A stretch of 64,000 bases of DNA from an uncultured Acidobacteriaceae bacterium (GCA_963781125.1 CAWAEE010000016.1:413320-477319); one strand, 5' to 3'. Shown: positions 10,256-20,803, counted from the stretch's first letter. Numbers and translations are program-made. Notes: generated by a model not told the origin, from the sequence alone.

Positions 10256-11402
10256 ATGGGTAGCGAAAGTACCCGAACCGAGCCGGGTTTCATGCATCCG
10301 GCGATCTTTATCGGCACGTACAGTCTCGTAGGAGCTCTCTTCGCCCTGCAGGAGTGGATATTTATGCGCCGCTGGGCGTACCAGTGGAACTATCACTTCC
10401 AGGCCATCATTACCTTCGCTGAGTTCATCGTTTCTTATTTTTTCTGGGGCGCCATTTGCTGGATCGTTTGGTGTTTCTTTCGGCCGTCAATTCAAGGCGC
10501 CAATCTCTTTCGCATCCTCACGCACTTTGTCCCACTGAGTATCGTCGCCTGCGTGCTGCAGGAAATGACCTGGGTTTTCATGTTCCCGTTGCTTCCGCTT
10601 AACCGGCCCCACATGCCCTATTGGGAGCGGCTTGAATTCAACCTGGAAGGCGATATCTGCAGCAGCATGGTTGTCTTCTGGAGCGCATTCTTTCTCTTCC
10701 GCGGGATAGGTTATTACCAGAACTTTCGCGAACAGGAGAAGACAGCCGCTCAATTGGAGGTCCAGCTCGTGAGCGCCAAGATGGAGGCGCTACGCATGCA
10801 GTTGAATCCCCACTTTCTCTTCAATACGATGAACAGCATTTCAAGCTTGATGCGCTTCGATATCGAAGCCGCGGACATCATGCTGGAGCAGCTGAGCAGC
10901 TTGTTGCGCATCACCCTTGAACGTGGGAACGTTCAGCTCATTCCCCTTCACGACGAAATCGAATTTATCGAGGTCTATCTCGCGATGCAGGGCCGGCGAT
11001 ATGCCGGTCGGATTCGGGACAGCGTTACAGTCGATCCGGAGCTGCACGATGCCCTGGTTCCGGCCATGTTCCTGCAGCCTATCGTGGAGAATGCATTCGC
11101 ACACGGGTTGTCGAAGGTCGAAGCCAATGGAATTCTTTCAATCGACGTACAACGGGTCGGCAAACAGATGCGAATTCGCGTTCTCAACAGCGGCGCGGGC
11201 TTGACGAGCTCCAAAGCCGCAGAGAGCCGACGGTCGCGGCGTCGGGCTTGCGAATGTCAAGAGCCGTTTGCAATTGCACTATGGCGCCGATTGGTCGTTC
11301 TCGCTCTCTGAGGCCGACCCGGCCCACGTTCAAGTCACCATTCTTCTCCCGCTCCAGTTTGCGGAACAAGAAACAGAGTCCCTGGCAAAGTTCGGTGTGT
11401 GA
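10256..11402 (+). CDS. LytS/YehU-type membrane sensor histidine kinase (frameshift near 11230)
   Basis: TM N-terminus, LRMQLNPHFLFNTMN, LQPIVENAFAHG. The shifted frame continues GVGLANVKSRLQLHYG to TGA 11402, overlapping the next gene's start. Confidence 0.9.
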
Positions 11403-12151
11403 TGATAAGCGCAATCTTGGCTGATGATGAAGTCTTGGCGAGGCAAAAACTACGGCAGCTCCTTCGCGAGGAGCAGGACATCGAAATCGTTGGCGAATGC
11501 GCCAGCGCATCCGAAACCATTCAGCTCGTCAATGCGACGAATCCCGCACTCCTCTTTCTCGACATCCGCATGCCCGATATGGATGGCTTTGACGTCCTCG
11601 GCGCGCTCTCAGTTCGACCGGACCTGGAGTTGCCCGCGGTGGTCTTCACCACTGCGTACGATCACTATGCCGTTCGCGCTTTCGAAATTCACGCCATCGA
11701 TTACCTTCTCAAGCCATTCACTTCGGAGAGGCTGCATTCTGCAGTGCAACGGGTGCGCGAGCGGATTGCGGGCCATTCGCACGACGGCGCGGATGAGCCT
11801 GCTCAACTGACGGGCAACTCCTACACCACGCGGATCGTCTTCAAATCCAGAGGCCGTATTCTCTTCTTGCCGGTAAGCGATATTCGCTGGATTAGCGCCG
11901 AAGAGAACTACGTGCGCATTTGCACCGGATCAGAATCGCACTTACTTCGCGAGACGATGGCTCGGCTCGAAAAACGGCTCGATCCGCAGATGTTTCTACG
12001 GGTACACCGCTCTTCGATCGTAAACCTGCAGTTCTTGAAAGAAGTTCGCAGCGAAGCCGACGGTGAATCGACAGTTGTGTTGACGAGTGGCGAAAAGATT
12101 CCCATGAGCCGGAGTTATCGATCCCGGATGCAAAACCTGCTCCATCGCTGA
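11399..12151 (+). CDS. LytTR family response regulator (paralog B)
   Basis: Receiver plus LytTR domain (FLRVHRSSIVN); translationally coupled to the kinase. Confidence 0.93.
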   Translation: MMISAILADDEVLARQKLRQLLREEQDIEIVGECASASETIQLVNATNPALLFLDIRMPDMDGFDVLGALSVRPDLELPAVVFTTAYDHYAVRAFEIHAIDYLLKPFTSERLHSAVQRVRERIAGHSHDGADEPAQLTGNSYTTRIVFKSRGRILFLPVSDIRWISAEENYVRICTGSESHLLRETMARLEKRLDPQMFLRVHRSSIVNLQFLKEVRSEADGESTVVLTSGEKIPMSRSYRSRMQNLLHR

Positions 12152-12210
12152 TCCTTCCGTTTTTGGGAAGATCTTCCTTCCTTCCGCTCCTCCGTAGACA
12201 CTGAATTCAG

Positions 12211-12281
12211 ATACTCGACCGAATGAGCATTCAGCCCGTCCCTTGCTGCCGCTGTTCGTCCCGGAATACGCAAATTCGGAG
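12211..12281 (+). promoter_or_regulatory. Candidate LytTR binding repeats upstream of the SRPBCC-like gene
   Basis: ctCGAC (12216), ccCGTC (12237), ttCGTC (12257) and ttCGGA (12277) in 20-21 bp phase. TCGTCCC-x-GAATACG is shared with 5031-5045. Confidence 0.5.
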
Positions 12282-12439
12282 CCAAGCCACGCAAAATTCC
12301 GGACTTTCATAGCAGCGCGACTCATCAAAAGTTAATGCAATGTCAACGTGATTCTATTGCTCATCGAAGCCTGGTTTTTCGTCCCAGAAAATCCGAGGCC
12401 GTCACAAATCCATGCGAACCCGCTCACTCGGAGAACGAA

Positions 12440-12964
12440 ATGCACTCCAAAGAGCGATGAGCGCAACGACTCTGTTCCCGCCCCAGTCAAGCTTCCGCGG
12501 AACCCGCGAAACAAACCCACGCCCAAATGTTCATGAGCGGCAAATCGCGATGCGCACGACACTGAGAGCGGACAAGCGCAGAATCTTCGACGCTCTCACG
12601 CTTCCCGAGTACCGGGAAACATGGCTCTGTCTCCCTTGCAGCCATAGTAATTGCCGCACGACTGCCTCGCAGACCGGCAGCCACTTTCGCTTCGATCACT
12701 ATGTGGCCGGCGCGCTTGATCTCAGCATTACCGGTTGTTACCAGGCGTGCCGTCGCAGCAAAATGTCATTCACCTGGCACCGAACCGAGGCCCGATCCCA
12801 AGCCCGAACATTCGTCGGAATCCATTGTGCAGATTCGCCTTTATGGCGAGTTTGCCAGCACTGCCCTTTGCTTGACTCACTCGGGATACTTCTCCACGGA
12901 TGAGTACGCCTGGCACTCCGACATGTGGCAATTGTCGCTCGACAAACTTCAGTCCCTGTTCTGA
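12440..12964 (+). CDS. SRPBCC/AHSA1-like domain protein (frameshifted)
   Basis: RIFDALTLPEYRETW...FTW in one frame, then LCLTHSGY...WQLSLDKLQSLF in another; typical START/AHSA1 ending. Confidence 0.65.
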
Positions 12965-13054
12965 TTCCGAATCCACAAACGCGGCAGCACGGCTGCGACG
13001 CGAACGCTGCGCGCACACACCCCGTGATACAGCACTCGCCCAATCGCGATTGAC

Positions 13055-13099
13055 CCCATCCTGGGTTTGCCCATCCTGGTTTTACCCATCCTGGGTTTG
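13055..13099 (+). repeat. Three tandem copies of a 15-bp unit, CCCATCCTGG(G/T)TTT(G/A)
   Basis: cccatcctgggtttg / cccatcctggtttta / cccatcctgggtttg, followed directly by TATGAT. Confidence 0.85.
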
Positions 13100-13143
13100 T
13101 ATGATCGACTGCGTCAGGATCGCGTCAGGGGTCGCGCAGTCCA

Positions 13144-14307
13144 ATGCGAGTGGGAATCATTGGCACGGGAGCCATTGCGGGCAAGCACGCACAGGTCTAT
13201 CGCAACATCGGCTACCAGGTCCTGCTGTGTACGGATCGGACCGATGCGCGCGGCCGATCGTTCGCCCAAACCACAGGCGCGAAATTCGTTGCGACACCAA
13301 CGGAGGTTTGCTCTCATCCTGACATCGATTACGTCGACGTATGCACCTTCCCTGCTTATCGCCTCGCCGCCGTCGAACTCTGCGCACGGTTTCACAAGCA
13401 TGTTCTCGTGCAGAAGCCGATGGCGATCGATCTCGAAACTGCCCGCCAGATGATCTCGGTTGCAAACAAAGCCGGCATTCAATTGGGGGTCGTGAGCCAG
13501 CATCGATTCGACGACTCGATTCTCTTCCTGAAATCCGCCATTGAAGCAGGCAGGCTGGGCAGAATCCTGCAGGCCGACGCCTACGTAAAGTGGTTTCGCT
13601 CCACGGAGTATTATGTCCGCGCAGGGAAAGGAAAATGGGAAGTTGAAGGCGGTGGCGCACTGATCAGCCAGGCGATTCACCAGGTCGATCTGCTGTTGCA
13701 CTTGATCGGCCCGGTTGATGAAGTAACGGGCCATTGGCAGCTTGGAACACTCCACAAGATCGAATCCGACGACCTGCTCTGCGCCTTGCTGCACTATGCT
13801 TCGGGAGCAACCGGCGTCTTGCAGGCTTCCACCGCACTTTGGCCCGGCTACTCCGAACGGCTCGAAATTCACGGCACCAAAGGAACTGCCGTCGTCACTG
13901 GAGACCAGCTGACGAGCTGGGACGTCCAGAGCGACTCAGGCGATCTCGCACCTGTCGCGGCGCGAAGTGCCTCCGGCGCATCCGATCCCATGGCTATTTC
14001 ACTGACTCCCTTCGAGCGTCAATTCACTGACTTTGGCGAAGCCTGCAGAACGGGCCGAGCTCCCGCCTGTTCTGGAATCGACGGCTTCCGCGCTCTTCAG
14101 CTTGTGCGCGGCGTCTACACTTCGTGCGCCGAAAGACGAAGAGTTCAAATTGAACCTGAGTCGTTTTCTCGCGCTGACATAAGCGACCGACAACCCGGAT
14201 GCCTGACACCGGGGTACCGTTCTACAATCACTGCGAACGGATCGACGGCAAGATTCGAATGGGCTCAAGCACTATCTTCGAATCGAACGAATCGCCGACA
14301 ACTTTGA
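13144..14307 (+). CDS. Gfo/Idh/MocA family oxidoreductase
   Basis: RVGIIGTGAIA Rossmann motif, HVLVQKPMA, GGGALISQAIHQVD. The C-terminus may be extended by an indel. Confidence 0.92.
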   Translation: MRVGIIGTGAIAGKHAQVYRNIGYQVLLCTDRTDARGRSFAQTTGAKFVATPTEVCSHPDIDYVDVCTFPAYRLAAVELCARFHKHVLVQKPMAIDLETARQMISVANKAGIQLGVVSQHRFDDSILFLKSAIEAGRLGRILQADAYVKWFRSTEYYVRAGKGKWEVEGGGALISQAIHQVDLLLHLIGPVDEVTGHWQLGTLHKIESDDLLCALLHYASGATGVLQASTALWPGYSERLEIHGTKGTAVVTGDQLTSWDVQSDSGDLAPVAARSASGASDPMAISLTPFERQFTDFGEACRTGRAPACSGIDGFRALQLVRGVYTSCAERRRVQIEPESFSRADISDRQPGCLTPGYRSTITANGSTARFEWAQALSSNRTNRRQL

Positions 14308-14330
14308 CTCGTCCCTGGAGAAAAATCCTG

Positions 14331-15599
14331 ATGAACAGCAGATCTTTTGACCGGCGCAACTTTTTGCGGCAAGCCGGCACCTTTGGTTCGATCGCAATGA
14401 TGGCGGGCCTTCCCCAAGGCTCCGCAGCCTTCAACCCAGAGACAGGAAGCGCAGTAGAAGATGCTGTGCAAGCAGAAGATTCGAACGAGAAGCCGAAGTA
14501 TCACATTAAGTTCGCCGTGTGCGGCATGAGCCATGACCACATCTACGGCATGGTTGGCGCAGTCGAGCGCGGCGGCGGTGAGCTGGTGGCGGCCTGGGGC
14601 GGCGAACCTGACAAGCTTGCAGCCTTCACCAAGCGCTATCCCAATGTGAAGATCGTCAAGACGCAGGATGAGATCATTGACGATCCTTCGATCCAGCTTG
14701 TCCTCAGCTCGCAAATCGCCAATGAACGCGCGCCCCTCGGCATCCGTGTCATGCGGCATGGCAAGGATTACTTGTCCGATAAGCCCGGCATCACAACGCT
14801 CGAGCAACTTGCCGAAGTGCGCAAGACCATCGCAGAAACCAAACGCATCTACGCAATCATGTACAGCGAGCGGCTTGAGGTAAAGGCCGCGGTCTATGCC
14901 GGCAAGCTCGTGCAGCAGGGCGCCATCGGCAAAGTGATCCAGACCATTAACATTGCTCCCCACCAGATCGTCCAGGGACACGGCGACGCCGGCGGCGGCA
15001 CCGGCCGGCCGGATTGGTTCTGGAATCCCGAACAATACGGCGGAATCCTTTGCGACATCGGCTCGCACCAGGTAGATCAGTTTCTTTTCTACACCGGTTC
15101 AAAGCAAGCCGAGGTAGTGGAATCGCAGATTGCCAACGTGCGCCATCCCGATCATCCGCGCTTTCAGGATTTCGGCGACATGGTTCTGCGCGGCGATCGC
15201 GGCCTTGGCTATGTTCGCCTTGACTGGTTCACGCCCGACGGCCTTGGAACCTGGGGCGATGGCCGACTTTTCATCCTCGGCACGGATGGCTACATCGAAG
15301 TCCGCAAATACACCAATGTGGCCGTCAGCAAGCAGGGCAACAACCTTTTCATCGTCGACAAGAACCAGGCACGTTACATCGACTGCAACCAGATGCCGCT
15401 GCCGTTTGGTTCGGAGTTTGTCGCCGACATCGTGAATCGAACCCATGTTGCGCAGGATCAGGACCAGTGCCTCCTCGCCGCCGAACTCGTGATCAAGGCG
15501 CAGAACAACGCGAAGTTCGTAACCCTGAAAGATAGAGAGATTCTACCTAAACATTCCTCGAGACGGAGCCTATGCAGATTTCCAGACGAGATGCGGTGA
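14331..15599 (+). CDS. Tat-exported Gfo/Idh/MocA family oxidoreductase
   Basis: DRRNFL twin-arginine signal, YLSDKPG, GGILCDIGSHQVD. Confidence 0.9.
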   Translation: MNSRSFDRRNFLRQAGTFGSIAMMAGLPQGSAAFNPETGSAVEDAVQAEDSNEKPKYHIKFAVCGMSHDHIYGMVGAVERGGGELVAAWGGEPDKLAAFTKRYPNVKIVKTQDEIIDDPSIQLVLSSQIANERAPLGIRVMRHGKDYLSDKPGITTLEQLAEVRKTIAETKRIYAIMYSERLEVKAAVYAGKLVQQGAIGKVIQTINIAPHQIVQGHGDAGGGTGRPDWFWNPEQYGGILCDIGSHQVDQFLFYTGSKQAEVVESQIANVRHPDHPRFQDFGDMVLRGDRGLGYVRLDWFTPDGLGTWGDGRLFILGTDGYIEVRKYTNVAVSKQGNNLFIVDKNQARYIDCNQMPLPFGSEFVADIVNRTHVAQDQDQCLLAAELVIKAQNNAKFVTLKDREILPKHSSRRSLCRFPDEMR

Positions 15600-16033
15600 T
15601 CGGATTGCTGGCGTTGCCGGCAGCTTTGAGCGCGATGGCCGAACCAGCAAACCGAGCCAGCCTGATTCTGGGTCCCACCGTTTTCAAGTGGGAAGACATG
15701 AAGCCGATCAAAACCGCGACCGGCGAAGTGCGCTCGCTCTGCAAAGCGCCCACAGCGACGGTGGATCAGCTTGAGATGCATGTGTCCACGTTGAATCCGG
15801 GCCTGGCATCGCACCCTCCCCATCGCCACGTGAACGAGGAGCTGATCATCCTGCGCGAAGGCGAATGCGAGACTTTGTCCAATGGCAACTGGATCAAGGT
15901 CGACCCCGGCTCAGTGGTCTTCAACGCCTCCAATAGCCTGCACGGGTTCCGCAACGTGGGCACTGTGCCCGCCATTTACCACGTCATCAACTGGAGCCCC
16001 AATAAAGACATTGCAACGAAACGGACGGCCTGA
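15572..16033 (+). CDS. Tat-exported cupin domain protein
   Basis: SRRDAV signal; cupin motifs HPPHRHVNEELIILREG and SLHGFRN. Confidence 0.88.
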   Translation: MQISRRDAVIGLLALPAALSAMAEPANRASLILGPTVFKWEDMKPIKTATGEVRSLCKAPTATVDQLEMHVSTLNPGLASHPPHRHVNEELIILREGECETLSNGNWIKVDPGSVVFNASNSLHGFRNVGTVPAIYHVINWSPNKDIATKRTA

Positions 16034-16134
16034 ATCTGCATCGATTTCCGCACCGGCGCTTCCCCGCCCCGGAACGTTACAATCGCACCTGAGCCGTCTG
16101 TAATCCGCAGCGGCCAAGGGAGCGGAACGACTAC

Positions 16135-18054
16135 ATGGGTTATCAGGTTCTGGCCAGAAAATATCGTCCGCAGCGCTTTGCCGACGTGGCCGGCCAGGAC
16201 CACGTCACGCGCACCCTGCTGAATGCGCTCACCCAGAACCGCATCGCCCACGGCTACATTTTTTCCGGCCATCGCGGCATCGGCAAAACCACCATCGCGC
16301 GCATTCTGGCGCAGGCGCTGAACTGCCGCAGGGAGATCGGAAGCCCGGAACGCCCGACGCCCGAGCCGTGCGGTGATCTGCGATTCCTGCATCGAGATTC
16401 GCCAGGGCAACGCCGTCGACGTGATCGAGATCGACGCGGCCACCAATCGCGGCATCGACGAGATTCGCGAACTGCGCGACGCGGCCGCTATGCACCGGCG
16501 CGCGACCGCTACAAGATCTACATTCTCGACGAAGCGCACCAGATCACCGAAGCGGCCTTCAATGCGCTGCTGAAGACACTGGAAGAGCCGCCCGCGCACG
16601 TCATCTTCATGATGGCGACGACCGAGCCGGAGAACATTCCGCAGACGATCCGCTCGCGCTGCCAGCACTTCAGCTTTCACGCGGTCAAGTTCGACGACAT
16701 CCTGGCGCAGTTGAAGATGATCGCAACGCAGGAGCAGGTGGAGGCCGAAGAAGCTGCCCTTGCTCTGCTGGCCGAGGCCGGCGACGGCTCGATGCGCGAT
16801 GCGCTTTCCATCATGGACCAGGCGATCGCGTCGGCGCCCTGCGATGAAAGAACCGCCCTGTCCTTTCGACGGCGCAGATTCGCGAGTTGATGGGCGCGGT
16901 GCCGAATGCGGTCTTCGAGCGCCTGCTTGAGGCGGTAGCCGCCGGCCAAAGCGCCGAGTTGATGGAGCAGTTGAACGTGCTGCTGAACGCCGGCCATAGC
17001 CCTCGTCGCTGGCGCGCCAGATGGTGCGCTACCTGCGCAACGCGCTGATGGCCAAGCTGGGCGGCGAGCAGACAGAGCTGCTGCAGATCTCCGCCGACGA
17101 GCGGGCGCGCGCAGCGCGCACGGCCCTGCTGTTCACCGAAGAAGAGTTGACGCGCAATCTGCAGATCGTGCTGCGCACTTTCGACGATCTGAATTACCGC
17201 CAGGAGCAGCGCTTTCATCTTGAACTGGGCCTGCTCAAGCTGATTCACGCGCAACGCCTGCTGCCGCTTGAAGAGCTGCTGAGCGGGGTCGCGGGCGGCG
17301 CCGGGGCACGCGGGATACCGGCCGCTCCCTCCACAACGCCAAGACCGGTGGCCTCCGCGCCGCGGCAATCTGCCTCACCGCACGCGTGCCGGGACAGTAG
17401 CGGCTGCGGCGCCCACTTTGTCGCCCCACGGCGCCGTCGGCAGCCACGGCACCCAGCCGGCCATTAAGCAGAGTGCCGCAGCTGTCGAGCCGGTCGTTGA
17501 AAGCATCGGCGCGCGCATCGGCTCCGCCGCGCGAGTCTGTGCCGTTTCCAGTTGCCTCCGGTCCCAGCCACAGTGCTGGATTTGTCGAAACCCTCACCGA
17601 AGGCGCGCTTGCGAAAGCACCACAAGAATGGCGGAGTTCAAACTCCGCCGCCTCCGTCAGCCACCACTCCGCCGAGGCAGCGCGCGAGTGCGATCTGCGC
17701 CGCGCTCACCGGCGGGCGGTCACGTGTCTGCCTCGCAGTTGCTCGGCGCCGGCGCGTGGACCATCGACGGCGCAAGCCTGCGCATCGAAGTTGCCGGCAT
17801 GGGCAAGAAGATGCTGAGCCTCACCGTGAACGCCGCAGCCGAAAAGATCATTCGCCAGGAATTGCAGCGGCTGGGCGCATCCTCGCGATTCCTGGTCGTG
17901 CCCGGGCGCAGCGAACGGCGGCGCGCCCGCGGCCATGCCCGCACCGTTCGCAGGCAGCGTGCAGGAGGAGGCTCTCAAGAATCCTCTCGTGCAGCGGGCA
18001 AAAGAAATCTTCAGTGCCGAAGTTCGCAGCGTGGTCGATCTGCGCGTCAAATAG
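16135..18054 (+). CDS. dnaX: DNA polymerase III subunit gamma/tau (several frameshifts)
   Basis: [47 protein letters not shown]. Pieces lie in all three frames. Confidence 0.93.
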
Positions 18055-18084
18055 CAATCGGCAGGAGGCCCGCAAGGAGGCAGA

Positions 18085-18412
18085 ATGATCAACCCGCTCA
18101 AGATTCCCGAGATGCTTTCACAGGCCAACCAGATGCAGGAGGAGATGCAGCGCAAGCTCGACCAGACTGTGGTGGAAGGGACCGCGGGCGGCGGCGCGGT
18201 CACCGCAACCATGAACGGCAAGAAAGCAGCTGCTGAAGATTCACATCGAGCCCTCGGCGGTGGTCAGCCTGACCGGCGGACAGCCCGATGTGGAGATGCT
18301 CGAAGACCTGGTCGTGGCCGCCGTGAACGATGCCGGACGCAAAGCAGACGAGGCCATTCAATCCAGCGTGCAAGGGATGCTGGGCGGCCTCAAGATTCCA
18401 GGACTCACATGA
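18085..18412 (+). CDS. ybaB: YbaB/EbfC nucleoid-associated protein (frameshift)
   Basis: QANQMQEEM...VEGTAGGGAVTATMNG, then DVEMLEDLVVAAVNDA in a shifted frame; located between dnaX and recR. Confidence 0.9.
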
Positions 18413-18447
18413 GAAGAGCGTTTCACAGAGATGCGAGGCTTGGCGTG

Positions 18448-19412
18448 ATGAGCACGGATATGAATCGCAGAAGCTTTTTGCAGCTGGGGGCAATTGCGGG
18501 CGCCGCATCGGTACTGCCGCGCTGGATAAATGCCCAGTCTCCAGGCGCTTCCCGACCGGGTTCTACAGGGCCGTGCCGCCTCGCTGAACAAACCGATCGC
18601 AACCACGAAGCTCTACGACAACGTCTATCTGCTGCTGCAAGGAGTCGGCGGCAACATGGTTCTCCAGACCGGCTCCGACGGCAACATTCTCATCGATTCC
18701 AACTTTTCTACCGCCGTGCCAAAGATTCGCGAGGCAATCGCGACTGTCAGCACAGACGCTCCCGGCACGCTCATCAACACGCATTGGCACTACGACCATA
18801 CCGACGGCAACGAGGGCATGCATGCCGCGGGATTCACCATCTTTGCCCATCGGAACACACGCGAGCGCATGTCCACCGCCCAGACCATTCCCTTCTTCCA
18901 TATCACCATGCCGGCCTCTCCGGCCGGCGCGCTGCCATCCATCACCTTCGACGACTCCATGCACCTCTGGCACAACGGCGACTCGCTCGATCTGGTCCAT
19001 TTCGATCCGGCGCACACCGACACCGACATCTACATTCACTTCCACAACGCCAACGTTTTGCATGTCGGCGACATCTGGTTCAACGGCATGTACCCCTTCA
19101 TCGACGAGAGCCACGCGGGGGCAGCATCGGCGGCATGATCCATGCAAGCAGAGAAGGCGCTTTCCGTCGCCGGACTGAAAGCACGAAGATCATTCCCGGC
19201 CACGGTCCGCTGGGGTCGAAAGCAGACCTCCAGAAATATCGCGACATGCTTTCCGCTATTCGCGACAAGGTCGCCACGCTCAAGGCCTCCGGGGCCAGTG
19301 AGCAGGAAGCCATCGCCAAAAAGCCGACAGCGGACTTCGATCCCGTCTGGAGCAAAGGCTTCTTCGTCAACGGCGACGTCTTTACCGGACTTGTGTACCG
19401 GACTTTATATAG
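18448..19412 (+). CDS. Tat-exported MBL-fold metallo-hydrolase (frameshifts)
   Basis: MNRRSFL signal, INTHWHYDHTDGN, AHTDTD, HVGD, IIPGHG. Confidence 0.88.
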
Positions 19413-19424
19413 GAGGCACCCGCG

Positions 19425-20024
19425 GTGTCACGCTATGCCGAGCCAATGGCGCGGCTGATTGAAGAATTAAAGAAACTCCCCGGGGTCGGGACAAAATCCG
19501 CTCAGCGGTACGCCTTCCACATTCTGCGCTCGACGGACGAAGATGCAGCCGCGCTGGCCGAGGCCGTGCGCGGACTCAAGGCGAGCCTGCGCCTGTGCTC
19601 CATCTGCAACAACATTACCGATGTCGATCCGTGCGCCTATTGCGCCAGCCCCACGCGCAATCAGCGCCTGGTCTGCGTGGTTGAAGAGCCGACGAACATC
19701 GAGTCGGTGGAGCGCACGCGCGGCTACAACGGCGTGTACCACGTGCTGCACGGAACGCTTTCGCCGCTGCATGGGATTGGGCCGGACCAACTGCGCAGCG
19801 AAGACTCTGGTGCAGCGCGCCGAGCGAGGCGAGATCGACGAGGTCATCCTTGCCACCAGCCCCACGCTGGAGGGCGAGGCAACGGCCAGCTGGCTGGCTG
19901 GAACTCTGCGACGGTCCCGGTGCGGCTCACGCGCATCGCCACCGGCGTGCCGGCGGGCAGCGATATCGAGTATGCCGACGAGGTCACCATGGCGCGCGCG
20001 ATCGAAGGCCGCCGCGAGCTATGA
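19425..20024 (+). CDS. recR: Recombination mediator RecR (compensating frameshifts)
   Basis: LPGVGTKSAQR, CxxC...CxxC zinc finger, YHVLHGTLSPL, IATGVPAGSDIEYAD. Confidence 0.95.
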   Translation: MSRYAEPMARLIEELKKLPGVGTKSAQRYAFHILRSTDEDAAALAEAVRGLKASLRLCSICNNITDVDPCAYCASPTRNQRLVCVVEEPTNIESVERTRGYNGVYHVLHGTLSPLHGIGPDQLRSEDSGAARRARRDRRGHPCHQPHAGGRGNGQLAGWNSATVPVRLTRIATGVPAGSDIEYADEVTMARAIEGRREL

Positions 20025-20049
20025 GCGCCGTGGAATCCGCATCCACGGC

Positions 20050-20421
20050 TTAGGCCTGCAGTCTGCTTAACAGATCCTGCGGATGAACCGGCTTGGCCAG
20101 GATTTCGAACTCGTAGCCCTTGGCCCGCGCCTTTTCCAACAGATCCGCCGTGGCAGCCTGTCCGGAAAAGAGCAGGATCTTGATCTTGGGAAGAATCGCT
20201 CGAATCATGATGGCCGCATCAATGCCATTCAGATCGGCCATGATGACGTCGGTGATGAGCATGTCCGGAGTAAAGGTGGACGCCATCTCCACCGCCTTCT
20301 CGCCGGAATAAACAGCGCGCGCATCGAAGCCGCTCTGGTTAAGGATCATCGCCAGCGTATCGGCAATGACACGTTCATCGTCGACAACGAGAACTTTGGG
20401 TTTGACACGATTTTCGTGCAT
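20050..20421 (-). CDS. Single-domain response regulator (CheY-like)
   Basis: VLVVDDE, LITDVIM, LFSG, LAKPVHP. Confidence 0.9.
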   Translation of the reverse strand: MHENRVKPKVLVVDDERVIADTLAMILNQSGFDARAVYSGEKAVEMASTFTPDMLITDVIMADLNGIDAAIMIRAILPKIKILLFSGQAATADLLEKARAKGYEFEILAKPVHPQDLLSRLQA

Positions 20422-20803
20422 ACTCTCCTAGACGCTGAATGCTGGCTTGTGCGATTGTCGCTGCTTCGTTAAGTCACGTCGCTGTATGCGGCTGGGAAGG
20501 GTCTCAGGAAACGAACCACTGTTCGCAACTCTCCTTTCGTTAATGATACGCTCTGTCCGGCGCCAGCACCGCGTTCGTTCCGACTGGATCTGCACGCGGT
20601 CTCAGGCAACTGTACGATGTCGCGCCCGGAATGGCGTTGTCCGGTCGACGCCTGAGTCGAAAACTGTCATAAAACCGCCTCGATGCTGAAACAGGCAAGC
20701 TCAGCGGCATCTCACCCGATTCATCTGCCAGAAACCCGGCAATCATAGACTTGCAACACAAACCGCATCCGCGTTGTGCGGACCTCGAACCGGAGACCTT
20801 TGC

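Noticed and set aside
13055-13099. CRISPR array
   Set aside because: The units are 15 bp and contiguous, with no spacers and no cas genes.
16034-16134. SRP RNA (ffs), often found upstream of dnaX
   Set aside because: No CAGG...GGAAGGAAGCAGC core; only a -10 box and a short hairpin. The GGAAGGAAG near 44985-44993 (minus strand) also lacks the SRP context.
16135-18054. Programmed ribosomal frameshift or transcriptional slippage in dnaX (gamma/tau)
   Set aside because: Multiple shifts occur, including inside the AAA+ core. I saw no A-AAA-AAG or poly-A slippery site, and neighbouring genes have the same indel pattern.
18085-19458. 457-aa YbaB-MBL fusion ORF
   Set aside because: Frameshift artefact: ybaB has its own stop at 18412 and the MBL has its own Tat signal.
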